Source: Fibrobacteria bacterium | Lineage (GTDB): Bacteria; Fibrobacterota; Chitinivibrionia; Chitinivibrionales; FEN-1185 | Direction: 5' to 3' | NCBI GenBank assembly: GCA_037447435.1 | Contig: JBBIGR010000004.1 | Coordinates: forward strand, 1-64,000 | DNA: 64,000 bases | Shown: positions 40,464 through 50,801 of the stretch, piece after piece | How the letters are laid out: each line of letters begins with the position of its first letter | How positions within the stretch are numbered: position 1 is the first letter of the stretch | The notes under the pieces: generated by a model | The model's database searches: none | What the model saw: only the letters and a program-made list of their open reading frames with translations | What the model was told of the DNA's origin: nothing | Translations under genes and position numbers: made by a program

Positions 40464-40668
40464 ATCAATCCCCGCTTTGCCTCTGCCAGGATTGAAGGCA
40501 ATAAAAATTACTGGAATGGATGTTAGTTCTTATACCCATATTGTACTATAATATACATCATTTGAGTATATATTTATTTAAGCGATTAGATTGGCGGGGT
40601 TGAAATTTGGTTTTTTGGTATGGATTTTAATTGATTCGGTATTGGTATTGATTTTGGTATTGATTTTT

Positions 40669-40735
40669 CGTAGAGACGCACTATGTAGAGACGCACTATA
40701 GTGCGTCTCTACTACCATCACCGTGCGTCTCTACG
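40669..40735. repeat. Nested GTAG-type REP palindromes
   Basis: Perfect 28-nt palindrome GTAGAGACGCACTATAGTGCGTCTCTAC (40685-40712) inside outer arms CGTAGAGACGCAC / GTGCGTCTCTACG. Confidence 0.85.
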
Positions 40736-40744
40736 ACGGGGATT

Positions 40745-42424
40745 TTATTGCATTTGGTTTTTCCCGACCGCCAGGCGCCGTACGATCGCGGAACCTTTAC
40801 AAACAATGAACACACCCTGCGGTAAATTCAACCGTTTTACATCGGCAAGGTCCGAAATCGTTCCCATATATTTTCCATTTAACGAAAATATTCTTTTCAT
40901 GCTCTTATCGACGGCTGGGGTTGCGGTTCCGCGGGCCGGATGCGAAACATCGAGCGCGGTGCAATTCTGCGCATTGGTTATCGCGACCGGAATAGACGCA
41001 TTTATCAATTCCTGGTTCTGGTCGCTTGTGGCTTTCAACGTTATTTTGTTCAAGTTGTTGCACACGTTATCCATTGTCACGGATTTCGACAAAACCATAC
41101 CCAGCGGATCGGCAACGACCGTCGTATCGAATACGCCGACCTTCTGGCTTCCGTCGAATCCCAGGGAAAGTTTCACCTGTTTTCCGGGCCTGGTGAAAAA
41201 CAGTTGTGCGGTAATCGATATTTTCGAATCGCTGGAAGCGTTGTAACTTGACTTGTCGGATTTAAAATTGCATACGACATTCTCGTTTGCATGCGTTACG
41301 TTCTGCAATTTGACGGTGGGCACGAAATATTCCTTCCATGTTTTGGTCTGGTTCGCGCCGATATTGTCGGGCGTAAAAAACATTTTCGAAACGCCGGCCC
41401 ATAATTCCAAATACGGCAGATTCGTACCGGAATTGCTGTTGACGCTTGCCGGATAGCTCCACGACCAAATTTTAAGTCCGACGGTTTTATCGTTATCGCA
41501 AACCCTGATTATCCCTTCCTCATTGTCATGGTTGATCACGCCCCAAAACGTATTCATGGGCGTTGTCGCATCGGGCCACGCGTAGGCAATTCCCATGTCG
41601 GCCCAATTTTTCCACATTCTCAATTTGTTGAAAACGAAAATATCGCCCGACACATTTTGCTCCTGCGCTCTGATCGCGCCCCACGCACTCGGGATATTAA
41701 CGTTTTTTACGGCAGAAATGACTTCGGCTCCGGCGGTCGTACGCGGATCCGTGCGGGAAGAACCCGGAGCAAGGGTTGTCATTGTCCAATATTCATAATT
41801 TTTCGATTGCGACGCCGGATTTGTGAGGGCGACATCGACATCTACGGAACTTTTACCGGTAATCAATGTGACGGAAAATGTGCATTCTATTCCGGTTGCG
41901 CCGTAATTGAATTTCCCCGGTCTGTTTCCGAAATTGATCGTGTCTTTTTGACTCGCCGATATGGTGACCGTGTCGGGGGTTTGTTTGACAAGTTGATATT
42001 TCCAGGGCCGTATCCAGAATTTCCCGTGTTCGGGCTCCGAAAAGGTAGGCATGATTCCGCCGTATACCATCAGCCAATCGTAGTAAAAACTTCCGCCGTT
42101 TATCCCATACGGCACACCGCACGGTGAATCATACAGTTCTTCATGATTGGTTGGTTTGTACAGCATGGAAACGATTCTGCAGCCGAAATCGGTTACAACG
42201 ATAATTTTAAGGTATTCATTTTCTATAACTTTGCAATTAAAGGTTTTGGCAACGCTCGTATTTGCTTGAGCCGAAATTAACCCGTAATCCGATCGTATTG
42301 AATAATTATTCGTATGCCAAGTGGTGGTCGAATCTTTAATAGTAACGGTTGAAAAACCGTTGAATATTAAAGCGGTTAAAATGAAACCAAAAAAGGCAGG
42401 TAACACCTTGAAATTGGCTTTCAT
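40745..42424 (-). CDS. Secreted DUF5107 / galactose-mutarotase-like protein with short C-terminal sorting-like domain
   Basis: IENEYLKI...GCRI, YGG...PEHG...W, YLELWAG, WKEY; C-terminal FSLNGK...QGVFIV. Confidence 0.7.
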   Translation of the reverse strand: MKANFKVLPAFFGFILTALIFNGFSTVTIKDSTTTWHTNNYSIRSDYGLISAQANTSVAKTFNCKVIENEYLKIIVVTDFGCRIVSMLYKPTNHEELYDSPCGVPYGINGGSFYYDWLMVYGGIMPTFSEPEHGKFWIRPWKYQLVKQTPDTVTISASQKDTINFGNRPGKFNYGATGIECTFSVTLITGKSSVDVDVALTNPASQSKNYEYWTMTTLAPGSSRTDPRTTAGAEVISAVKNVNIPSAWGAIRAQEQNVSGDIFVFNKLRMWKNWADMGIAYAWPDATTPMNTFWGVINHDNEEGIIRVCDNDKTVGLKIWSWSYPASVNSNSGTNLPYLELWAGVSKMFFTPDNIGANQTKTWKEYFVPTVKLQNVTHANENVVCNFKSDKSSYNASSDSKISITAQLFFTRPGKQVKLSLGFDGSQKVGVFDTTVVADPLGMVLSKSVTMDNVCNNLNKITLKATSDQNQELINASIPVAITNAQNCTALDVSHPARGTATPAVDKSMKRIFSLNGKYMGTISDLADVKRLNLPQGVFIVCKGSAIVRRLAVGKNQMQ

Positions 42425-42566
42425 ATACGCTCCTTAAGTGATAAAAATATATATCGAGCAAAAACGACATTTTACCCAATTTTAAGAAATATACTAAATT
42501 GCTACAAAGCCCCAACAATATAATGATAACAAAATCATAACCGAAAGTTAATAAAATTTTATGCCC

Positions 42567-42607
42567 CCCGGTTTTTTCGTATCCGCGAAGGATACGAAAA
42601 AACCGGG
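42567..42607. repeat. Perfect 18-bp inverted repeat in a divergent intergenic region
   Basis: CCCGGTTTTTTCGTATCC-GCGAA-GGATACGAAAAAACCGGG. Confidence 0.85.
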
Positions 42608-42774
42608 CTATATTCATAAGAAAATCATACTTTTTTTTTAAATGCTTATATTATTCAAGGTGAACCAGTTATAGCGATGCTCAGTATGGTTTAAATACTA
42701 TGGTTACTTAAGCGATAAAGTCGTTAATAATTCGAATTGTGTGTTTTTTTTGAAAAATAGAAAAAGGGGGTCAA

Positions 42775-45063
42775 ATGAAAACGATTCGGCTTTTTTTGGT
42801 AGGACTTACGGCCTTATGTGCCACTACCATTGTTTCTGCTCAAAGTGGTGACTTTACAACAAAAGGTAGGGTTTTAGTAGCTGGACAACCGCTCGGAATG
42901 GCCACGTTGACCTACTTAAACGTCAATAAGCGTTTGTCGTGGGATTTTTCCAAAGCCGATGGAACCTTTGGTGGCGCTTCGGTTTCCACAGCAAACCCAA
43001 TGCAGCAAAACGCAAAGATTTCATTGCCTGCAGATGGACTTGTCACTATTGACATATTTGAAATAAGCGGAAAGTTTGTAGGCACCGTGAGCGGCAAACT
43101 TGACAAAGGTACATACCTCTTACAGCCGCTCACCGCGAAACTTGCTCAGTCCATGTATACGTTAAAAATCAAGGCCGGGAACACGGTGTCTTATCAAAAA
43201 TTGTTGAATACCGGGTTCAAGAACCAGGGGTACACGATTTCTCTTGCCTCTTCAACCGAACCGCTTGTTCTGGCAAAAAAGCTAGCGGCAATTGATTCTG
43301 TCAGAATTGGGAAAACAGGCTATACTCCGGTAGTGAAACCGATTACTTCATATACCGACGATATCGGGGATGTAACCTTGACTCCCATAGACATTGAGGG
43401 GCAGGTCAATGCGGTTTTCGGTCAAATGAGCACTGCTGAAAAATGCGGTCAGATGTGCATGCCGCCATCCCTAAATGGCGTTACGAGCGGTCCTGTCGGA
43501 AATGTTTTCGGCGGTGGAGGTGCATTGTCCGGATTGAACGCTTCATCGTGTGCGGGAAACATCGATAATGCCCAAAGACAAATGGCCGGTACCCCACGAA
43601 AAATACCACTCTTGGTTGCCTACGATTTCGTCCATGGCGCCAGTGCGTTGCCCGGGGCGGTCATTTTTCCGCATAACATGGGTATGGGCGCAATCCAGGA
43701 TACTTTGCTTATACAAAAGGCATTCCGCGTTACTGCATTAGAAGTCCGCGGTTGCGGGTGCAATTGGGGATTCGGCCCTTGCATTGCCGTTATTCGAGAC
43801 GATCGTTGGGGACGCTCCTATGAAGGCTTCTGCGAAACACCTGAACGTACCCAGATTATGGCCAGACACGCTGTTCTCGGAATCCAAACCAGTGATTTGT
43901 CGCTGCCATCTTCATATGCTGCATGTGCAAAACATTTCGCAGGCGATGGCGGAACCGCAAACGGCACGGATCGAGGACAAACGACAGGTACTGATGCTGC
44001 TGCGCGCGCAATTCATCTGCCCGGATATACTTCGGCAGTTGCAGCAGGTGTGGCAACGATTATGCCTTCCTTTTCAAGCTGGGTAGACGGCACTCCGATG
44101 CATTTGAATAGCACGCTTATGACGGGATGGCTAAAAGGCACGACAGGTTTCAATGGTTTTCTGGTCGGAGATTATGATGCTGCTCCAATACCGAGCGGTC
44201 TCGATGCTGGTGTTGATGTGGCCATGAATTCCGCCGGCTCATTGCTTAATACGTTAACAGGTCTTTACTCTGCACACCAGGCGAGATTCGATGACGCATG
44301 CAAACGCGTCCTTCGCGTAAAAGCAGAGATGGGCATGCTTGATCCGAATAAATCCTATTTGTCAGATTCCAGGCTTACGCAACTTGTCGGGTGCGCAGCA
44401 CATAGAGACGTAGCTAGAGCTTGCGTACGGGCTTCCATGGTTCTTCTCAAGAACGCCGGCAATGTTGTTCCGATTCCCAAGACCTCTTCCGTTGCGATAT
44501 GGGGTACAGCAGGAGATGACGTTGGTTTGGAGTGCGGCGGTTGGACAGTGAGCTGGCAAGGGTCCGCAGGCACGCCGACATCTGGGGGTACTACGATCAA
44601 GGCGGGAATGCAGGCTTTGGGCGGCAATGTTTCATTTACTGCTAACCCCAGCGGAGCTGGCAATTCCGACTATGTCGTTGCTGTCTGGAGCGAAGAACCA
44701 TATGCTGAAACAACTCTACCCAGCATCTCTCTTACCGGCAGCGGCAAAGCAAGCGGCTCAAACGCTGCGGTAACCGCAGCGGTAGCTGCGGCTCATTCCG
44801 CTGGAAAAAAGGTTATCGGCATTCTGATTGCCGGACGTCCAATGGACATTACTTCGGTTATCGCCAACTGTGATGCATTCATTTGGGCAAGCCTCCCCGG
44901 TACGGAAGGAAAAGGCGTAGGAGAGTTGCTGTATGCAGACCAAGGGTACAAATTTACGGGCAAGTTGCCTGTGACATGGCCCAACAGCGTCAATGACGAA
45001 CCCATCAACCAAGGCGATGGAAAAACAGGTCTGTTTCCCTATGGCTTCGGCTTGACCGATTAA
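42775..45063 (+). CDS. Secreted glycoside hydrolase family 3 (beta-glucosidase / exo-glucanase-like)
   Basis: DFVHG, FPHNMGMGA, RDDRWGRSYEG, KHF, IMPSFS, GFLVGDY (nucleophile Asp), VLLKN, EEPYAE, LPGTEG, LFPYGFGL. Confidence 0.93.
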   Translation: MKTIRLFLVGLTALCATTIVSAQSGDFTTKGRVLVAGQPLGMATLTYLNVNKRLSWDFSKADGTFGGASVSTANPMQQNAKISLPADGLVTIDIFEISGKFVGTVSGKLDKGTYLLQPLTAKLAQSMYTLKIKAGNTVSYQKLLNTGFKNQGYTISLASSTEPLVLAKKLAAIDSVRIGKTGYTPVVKPITSYTDDIGDVTLTPIDIEGQVNAVFGQMSTAEKCGQMCMPPSLNGVTSGPVGNVFGGGGALSGLNASSCAGNIDNAQRQMAGTPRKIPLLVAYDFVHGASALPGAVIFPHNMGMGAIQDTLLIQKAFRVTALEVRGCGCNWGFGPCIAVIRDDRWGRSYEGFCETPERTQIMARHAVLGIQTSDLSLPSSYAACAKHFAGDGGTANGTDRGQTTGTDAAARAIHLPGYTSAVAAGVATIMPSFSSWVDGTPMHLNSTLMTGWLKGTTGFNGFLVGDYDAAPIPSGLDAGVDVAMNSAGSLLNTLTGLYSAHQARFDDACKRVLRVKAEMGMLDPNKSYLSDSRLTQLVGCAAHRDVARACVRASMVLLKNAGNVVPIPKTSSVAIWGTAGDDVGLECGGWTVSWQGSAGTPTSGGTTIKAGMQALGGNVSFTANPSGAGNSDYVVAVWSEEPYAETTLPSISLTGSGKASGSNAAVTAAVAAAHSAGKKVIGILIAGRPMDITSVIANCDAFIWASLPGTEGKGVGELLYADQGYKFTGKLPVTWPNSVNDEPINQGDGKTGLFPYGFGLTD

Positions 45064-45088
45064 TTGTATACTCTTTTATTTTTATTGT

Positions 45089-45121
45089 AAAGCAGCCTTA
45101 TTTTTTAAGGCTGCTTTTTTT
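45089..45121 (+). terminator. Intrinsic terminator after the GH3 gene
   Basis: AAAGCAGCCTTA-loop-TAAGGCTGCTTT followed by a T-run. Confidence 0.85.
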
Positions 45122-45204
45122 ATACAAAGTAAATTATTAAAAGATTACTTTATAAGAATCAGCATTTATTACTTAAACAGTAATGCTTTTCATGCCGAAT
45201 CATT

Positions 45205-45846
45205 ATGCGCGATTCTCATAGGGAGTTTAACCGCATAATATATTTTATTAATAGATCGAATACTATTAAAGTGAGGGATATCTTGAAGTTATTAATAAAA
45301 TATCTTATTGCTTTTCGATATTATTTTTACAATAATTTCATTTCGCATGTCCCTGTTTATTCCATCCGCCATCTCTACCTTCGGGCGATATTACATATTC
45401 AAATCGGCAAAAACTCCTGCGTTCACATGGGCTGTTTTATCACCGGCCGCAACATCCGTATCGGCAACAACTCGGTTATCAACCGGAACTGTTTTCTCGA
45501 CGGCCGCATCGGTATCGATATCGGTAATAATGTGAGCATTTCTCCCCATACGTTTCTCGTATCGCTTGGTCATGACGCCCAATCGCCGCAATTTACAACA
45601 AAAGGCGGTCCGGTCGCCATAGCCGATTATGTCTGGATCGGGATTCGGGCAACGATATTACCTAATGTTAATTTAGGCAAAGGATGCGTCGTCGGTGCGG
45701 GATCGACGGTCACTAAAAGTTTCGAAGATTTTTCCATCGTTGCCGGAAACCCTGCAAAAATCATCGGCAAACGAACAACCGATTTACAATACGAACCGAC
45801 GTATTTTCCCTTATTCAATTCCGACATTCTTTCAAAAGACTCATGA
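45205..45846 (+). CDS. Left-handed beta-helix O-acyltransferase
   Basis: Hexapeptide repeats, VWIG, VVGAGSTV, AGNPAK. Start uncertain. Confidence 0.88.
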   Translation: MRDSHREFNRIIYFINRSNTIKVRDILKLLIKYLIAFRYYFYNNFISHVPVYSIRHLYLRAILHIQIGKNSCVHMGCFITGRNIRIGNNSVINRNCFLDGRIGIDIGNNVSISPHTFLVSLGHDAQSPQFTTKGGPVAIADYVWIGIRATILPNVNLGKGCVVGAGSTVTKSFEDFSIVAGNPAKIIGKRTTDLQYEPTYFPLFNSDILSKDS

Positions 45847-47027
45847 ATATTCTTTTTATCTCTTCTTACTATTTGTTCGACAAAACGCGTTTCGGCGGTT
45901 CCAAACGATTGTATCTGCTCGCCAAGGAATTGCAAAAACACGCAAACGTCACGGTCGTTGCAATCGACGGATGCGAAGAGTTGCAGGCACCTCCTGTTTC
46001 GAACCGCGTACATCCCGATTTTAAACGGTTCCTTTTTGTCCCCTGGCTCGACAATAGATCGCTTATACATAAATTTTTCTCTTCGGGCATAATCATAGAA
46101 AAAGAGCTCTTGTCGCTGCATGGTTCCATTTCAGGATTTCTTGCGGAAGAATCGTACGACGCCGCGGTTCTGGCATACCCGCTCGCACTTTCCTTTATCA
46201 ACACTTTCATAAAGCCGGGAAAATTCCCTATCGTTTATATGGAAGACGATCTCTTCCTCGAAAAGGTGCAATTCGAAAGGAAATTTTCTTTTCTTGCTCC
46301 CGTATACCGTTTTTTCAGATATCGCCAATTACATGCGTACTATCAAAAGAAAACCGGGTGTTGCGATACGCTACTTGCGATTTCGAATCAGGAAAAAGCG
46401 ATTTTAAAAAAGCATTTTCCCGCATCAACTATCAATGTGCTCGGCTATGGAATTCCTCTCAAAGAATATCCGTTCATTTCGTCTTTTCCGCAGCGATTTT
46501 GCATCGGATTCATCGGAAATTACAATCATACTCCCAATATCGAGGCTTTACGCTGGTTTTTGCAGTCGGTTTATCCGACATTGCATGCGGCAATTCCTTC
46601 ACTGTCGTTTCTGGTGTCGGGCCGCGGCATCCCATCGGACATACGGCACGACTACGCGCACGACACGTCCGTTCAGTGGCTCGGCGACATCGACGATCTT
46701 GCGGATTTTTATTCTAAAATTTCCGTTTTCGTCAACCCGATCATTTCCGGTCGCGGCATGAGAACAAAATTGATCGAATGCGCCGCATTCGGCCGCCCGA
46801 TCATTTCAACCCGTTTGGGATGCGAAGGTTTCGAGGAATTCAAAGTCGAGCCGGCCGAAAACGCGGAGGAGTTTACCGCACAGTGCAAAAAACTTATGTC
46901 GGACATTTCTATATTGCAGACAACGGCGCAAACCAATCGGACAATTATTGACGAGCGCTATGCAATTGAGAAAGTCGGTCTTAAACTGCTTTCGGAATTA
47001 CAACCAATCAATCGGACAAACCCATGA
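45843..47027 (+). CDS. Glycosyltransferase family 4-like
   Basis: GGSKR, FIGNYNHTPN, GRGMRTKLIECAAFGRPIIST. Confidence 0.88.
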   Translation: MNILFISSYYLFDKTRFGGSKRLYLLAKELQKHANVTVVAIDGCEELQAPPVSNRVHPDFKRFLFVPWLDNRSLIHKFFSSGIIIEKELLSLHGSISGFLAEESYDAAVLAYPLALSFINTFIKPGKFPIVYMEDDLFLEKVQFERKFSFLAPVYRFFRYRQLHAYYQKKTGCCDTLLAISNQEKAILKKHFPASTINVLGYGIPLKEYPFISSFPQRFCIGFIGNYNHTPNIEALRWFLQSVYPTLHAAIPSLSFLVSGRGIPSDIRHDYAHDTSVQWLGDIDDLADFYSKISVFVNPIISGRGMRTKLIECAAFGRPIISTRLGCEGFEEFKVEPAENAEEFTAQCKKLMSDISILQTTAQTNRTIIDERYAIEKVGLKLLSELQPINRTNP

Positions 47028-47992
47028 ACAATCCCCTCGTTTCACTCATTGTCCTTAATTGGAACGGCGAAGCCATTATCCGGGAATGCATCGACTCATT
47101 GAAAAATTTGAACTACAAAAACATTGAAATCATCGTTGTCGACAACGCATCAACCGATGCGTCTCTGGAGCTGCTCGCCTCGATACAAAACATTATCGTC
47201 ATCAAAAACGCAACCAATGCTGGATATGCGGGAGGAAACAACAGAGGCTTTACAGTTGCGAACGGGGATTTTGTCGCAACGATCAATAACGATATCATCG
47301 TGGAACCATCCTGGCTGGACACGATCGTGCCCTTATTGAAAAAAGATCCTACGATCGGGATCGTCGGCGGCAGGCAGATGAATTATTTCGACAGGACCAA
47401 AATCGACGCGTTATATTCATTTCTGCATCACAGCATGATTTTTTTCCAGGAAGCGTTTCGCGAAACGTACAATCCCGACCGATTCGGGGAAAAGCCGCTC
47501 AGGGTTTTGTCCGTAAGCGGTGCGGCAACGGTGTACCGAAAGACACTTTTAGACGAAATGAAAGGGTTCGACGAATCCTTGTATGCGTATCATGAAGAAT
47601 CCGATTTGTGTATGAGAGCGTTTTTGAAGGGGTGGAAATGCATATTCGTCCCCACGGCGGTTGCCTATCATCGCCGCAGCGTCAGTTTCAACCGGATTAA
47701 GCCGACGATGATTTACTATCAAACCCGAAACAGGATCTGGTTTATTTACAAATATTCATCGGCCGGTTCGATTATCAGGAACTGGTTTTGGTTGATCGTC
47801 ACCGAACTCCGGATCCTGCGGGTATTCACGTTCCGCGATCGAGCATTTTTTCCATACGTCAAAGGACTTACCGACGGTTTTTCAGCGTTGGGAAGATTCA
47901 AAGGCGTTCGAAAGGAAAACATGGAAAACCTGTTGCGGAAAAAAGCGGAGTACGATGTTTTGGTACAACGACGTTTTTTGCCGTTCCAATGA
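47024..47992 (+). CDS. Glycosyltransferase family 2
   Basis: VLNWNG, VVDNASTD, GYAGGNN, NND, GFDE, EESDL. Confidence 0.92.
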   Translation: MNNPLVSLIVLNWNGEAIIRECIDSLKNLNYKNIEIIVVDNASTDASLELLASIQNIIVIKNATNAGYAGGNNRGFTVANGDFVATINNDIIVEPSWLDTIVPLLKKDPTIGIVGGRQMNYFDRTKIDALYSFLHHSMIFFQEAFRETYNPDRFGEKPLRVLSVSGAATVYRKTLLDEMKGFDESLYAYHEESDLCMRAFLKGWKCIFVPTAVAYHRRSVSFNRIKPTMIYYQTRNRIWFIYKYSSAGSIIRNWFWLIVTELRILRVFTFRDRAFFPYVKGLTDGFSALGRFKGVRKENMENLLRKKAEYDVLVQRRFLPFQ

Positions 47993-48005
47993 TTTATCCC
48001 GATTA

Positions 48006-49100
48006 TTATCCTTCTAAATTTGTCAACACGGGAAGTATTTGAGAAGCGGTTTTTCTCCAGGAAAACCTTTTCAATAGTTCGCCATACCGTACGACCTTCG
48101 CCCGGCTTTCGCTATCTGCGGTATAAAACGCCAGCAGTTTATCGGCAATGTCCTGCGGATCCGACGGATTAAAAAAAATTGCCGCGTCCGAAGCAAATTC
48201 CTCCATCGAGGTCCCTTTCGAGGTAAAAACAGGTGCCGCCGCCGTCATGGCTTCCAATATGGGCAATCCGAATCCTTCATATATGGAGGGATAGACAAAA
48301 GCCTTACAGGTTTTAAACTCTTGGAATAATCGCTCGTGGTCGAGAAAGCCGACAAAGGTCACTTGGGACGACAGATCATTATCATTAATAAATTTGTACA
48401 TCGCATTATTCTTCCACCCGCTCGGCCCGACGATACGCAGCGGGATCGATTGCGACCGTGCTTTTTTGCATATCAATAACGCTTGTAAAAGCGCCATCAG
48501 GTTTTTTCTCGGCTCAAAACTGCCGACAAACAGCAAATTGTCGTTTCGAACGCTTTTTTCACTGTCGGAAACAATCCAGTCCGGCTTCCCTAAATAGGTA
48601 ACGATTATATTCTCCGGCACAATAGATTTGGGATAAAATTCACAGATTTCCTTTTTAATGCAATGCGATACGGTCAAGACTTTTGCCGATTTTCGGATAC
48701 TTGCCTTAAGAAACAGCACGTTTATCCAGTAATTGGATGTTTGCATTGTGTGCGGACATCGTTTCACGGCAACGTCGTGTATCGTTGAAATCATTTTTAC
48801 TTTTGCGGGATTTATTAGACAGGCGGTTATTTGTTCGGGCCCCCAAAAAACGTCAAGACCGTATTTTGAAAAATAAAAAGGCAGTTTGCATAAAAGCCAG
48901 ACGGTTCCCGGTAACTTCGAACCAACGACGATTTTTTTCCATCGTTTATTGACAATTTTGTACGATGAAGGATTTTTCTCGAACAAATAATAGTTATTGT
49001 CAACATCTATCTCTTGCAAAGCGTCCAAAATCCGGGCTATATAGGTTGCGATGCCGCCTTGGCCTGCATACAATGCTTTTATGTCTATGCCGATATTCAT
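48006..49100 (-). CDS. Glycosyltransferase family 4 (mannosyltransferase-like)
   Basis: TIHD, VGSFEPRKN, YPSIYEGFGLPILEAM, FSW. Confidence 0.92.
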   Translation of the reverse strand: MNIGIDIKALYAGQGGIATYIARILDALQEIDVDNNYYLFEKNPSSYKIVNKRWKKIVVGSKLPGTVWLLCKLPFYFSKYGLDVFWGPEQITACLINPAKVKMISTIHDVAVKRCPHTMQTSNYWINVLFLKASIRKSAKVLTVSHCIKKEICEFYPKSIVPENIIVTYLGKPDWIVSDSEKSVRNDNLLFVGSFEPRKNLMALLQALLICKKARSQSIPLRIVGPSGWKNNAMYKFINDNDLSSQVTFVGFLDHERLFQEFKTCKAFVYPSIYEGFGLPILEAMTAAAPVFTSKGTSMEEFASDAAIFFNPSDPQDIADKLLAFYTADSESRAKVVRYGELLKRFSWRKTASQILPVLTNLEG

Positions 49101-49168
49101 GAATGTATAAATACTTCAAGGAAATAATCGGTGTCTATGCAAAACCTATCCGAGCGCAAGAGGAAACA

Positions 49169-49214
49169 ACGGCTCGTATCCCCTCTCCGCCGACGGAGAG
49201 GGGATACGAGCCGT
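49169..49214. repeat. Perfect 21-bp hairpin (repeat element or terminator)
   Basis: ACGGCTCGTATCCCCTCTCCG-CCGA-CGGAGAGGGGATACGAGCCGT. Confidence 0.85.
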
Positions 49215-49228
49215 GAGGCGACAATTAC

Positions 49229-50800
49229 TTAGAACCCGATTCTGAACGAAACATTGGCAACAGGGAAAAGTTCGAGCGTATTGTACTCATAAGATCCGTC
49301 CAGGATAAAATATTTTCCCACGACCGATTCCGTATTGAATTTTGTTCCAAATCCGCCGGTAATAAGCCAGGGCGTATCAAAGGAAGCTTCTTTTCTAAGC
49401 CCTATCCGTGCCCTGAAAACCTGGAAAAACTCCTGCTCGATTGCGCCGCCGAATTTCCATTGTTGGTCGGCATTGAGAGGAATATCACCTTCACATATTA
49501 GAAACGTGGAATACCCGACTTTATAGGTTCCGCCAGCTTTAAAGGTGGTCGGATCGGTTTGAATGTCCTGCTGCGCGCCGTCGTCTTTGCTCACCTTGCG
49601 GTAAGTCGGGCAATCTTTCAATACGAGTCCGAAACGGATGTTTTCGGAAAACTCCGTCATTAAACCAATGTCAAGTCCCGCACCGACGGTTTTTTGATTC
49701 ACGGTGCCCATGTCGCTTTTCGGCGTATTGATGTTCAATATTTTTACCGCGGCACCAATGGAAATCGGCTTTAAAAACGGCAGCAACTGTTGGAATTTAT
49801 ACGCATATGCAGAAATGAAATACAATTCATTTTGCAATTTCGTATAATCGCTGTTGTAATAAATCGCCTGACCGAATCCGATTTCCCGCGTTGCTTTTGC
49901 CGCATAGGAAACCGCAAAATTGTTGATAAGATCATAACGATACTGATATCCCACCGCAACATCGAGATTATTTACCCAGGCCATTCCCGCGGGATTATAC
50001 ATCACTCCGTACGCGTCGTCCGAAGCGGCAACATAATTGTCCGCCAGAGCAGCAGGGCGACCGAACAAAGGAATCTGCAAGGAACTCGCCGACTTTCCGT
50101 AAAAGGTTTCGTTATCGTACGTATGGTCATTATGAAAATCCTTTAATTCGCCGTTGGCCGCAGCCCAGAGCGCACTGACAACGACAAACGCGGCAGACGA
50201 ATACAGTAATTGCTTTTTGTTGTTGAATTGCGGACCAAAATAGGTATGCGTTTTGATCGGTTCTTTGCCGTCGGATAATCCATGGACCTTATAGACGGCA
50301 ACTTTGACCAAATCATTCGCCGTCGCCGCGCCGTCGGATTCCAGTGTTACATGCTGCGAAACCTGCGTCGATTGGACATCGAGCAACGATAATGTGATCC
50401 CATATTTATCATTGTTTTTATCCAAGGTACCGTATAGCATCCTGTCAAGTCCCAATGCCGAGCCGATTGCCGCGACGCATCGGGGGTCCTTGCAATGACG
50501 CGGGAAACTTTGCTTGATCCCGGCAAAAGCTTTCTCCAAATCGGCTTGACTGTATACTTTGTAAAAGCCCATTCCGTTTAAAACAGCCGCTATTTGTTCC
50601 TGGGTCCCCGCCGACGTATTGGCATCGACGCCGATCGTTTCCAAATTCAAAACACCGATACGGATTTTAGATTGTCCTTCCCCGGCGTCTGTCTCACACA
50701 GTCCCAGGCAATACATGACAGCCATTAAAATCATGCATTTTGTTACGATTGATTTCACAGCTTCCTCCGTGTTAATTTTCTTTCGCATTAATGACGACAA
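49229..50800 (-). CDS. PorV/FadL-like beta-barrel with N-terminal CsgG/TolB_N-like domain
   Basis: GRPAALADNYVAASDDAYGVMYNPAG, GLDIG, terminal FRIGF; N-terminal CKDPRCVAAIG...LYGTL. Confidence 0.72.
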   Translation of the reverse strand: MSSLMRKKINTEEAVKSIVTKCMILMAVMYCLGLCETDAGEGQSKIRIGVLNLETIGVDANTSAGTQEQIAAVLNGMGFYKVYSQADLEKAFAGIKQSFPRHCKDPRCVAAIGSALGLDRMLYGTLDKNNDKYGITLSLLDVQSTQVSQHVTLESDGAATANDLVKVAVYKVHGLSDGKEPIKTHTYFGPQFNNKKQLLYSSAAFVVVSALWAAANGELKDFHNDHTYDNETFYGKSASSLQIPLFGRPAALADNYVAASDDAYGVMYNPAGMAWVNNLDVAVGYQYRYDLINNFAVSYAAKATREIGFGQAIYYNSDYTKLQNELYFISAYAYKFQQLLPFLKPISIGAAVKILNINTPKSDMGTVNQKTVGAGLDIGLMTEFSENIRFGLVLKDCPTYRKVSKDDGAQQDIQTDPTTFKAGGTYKVGYSTFLICEGDIPLNADQQWKFGGAIEQEFFQVFRARIGLRKEASFDTPWLITGGFGTKFNTESVVGKYFILDGSYEYNTLELFPVANVSFRIGF

Positions 50801-50801
50801 A

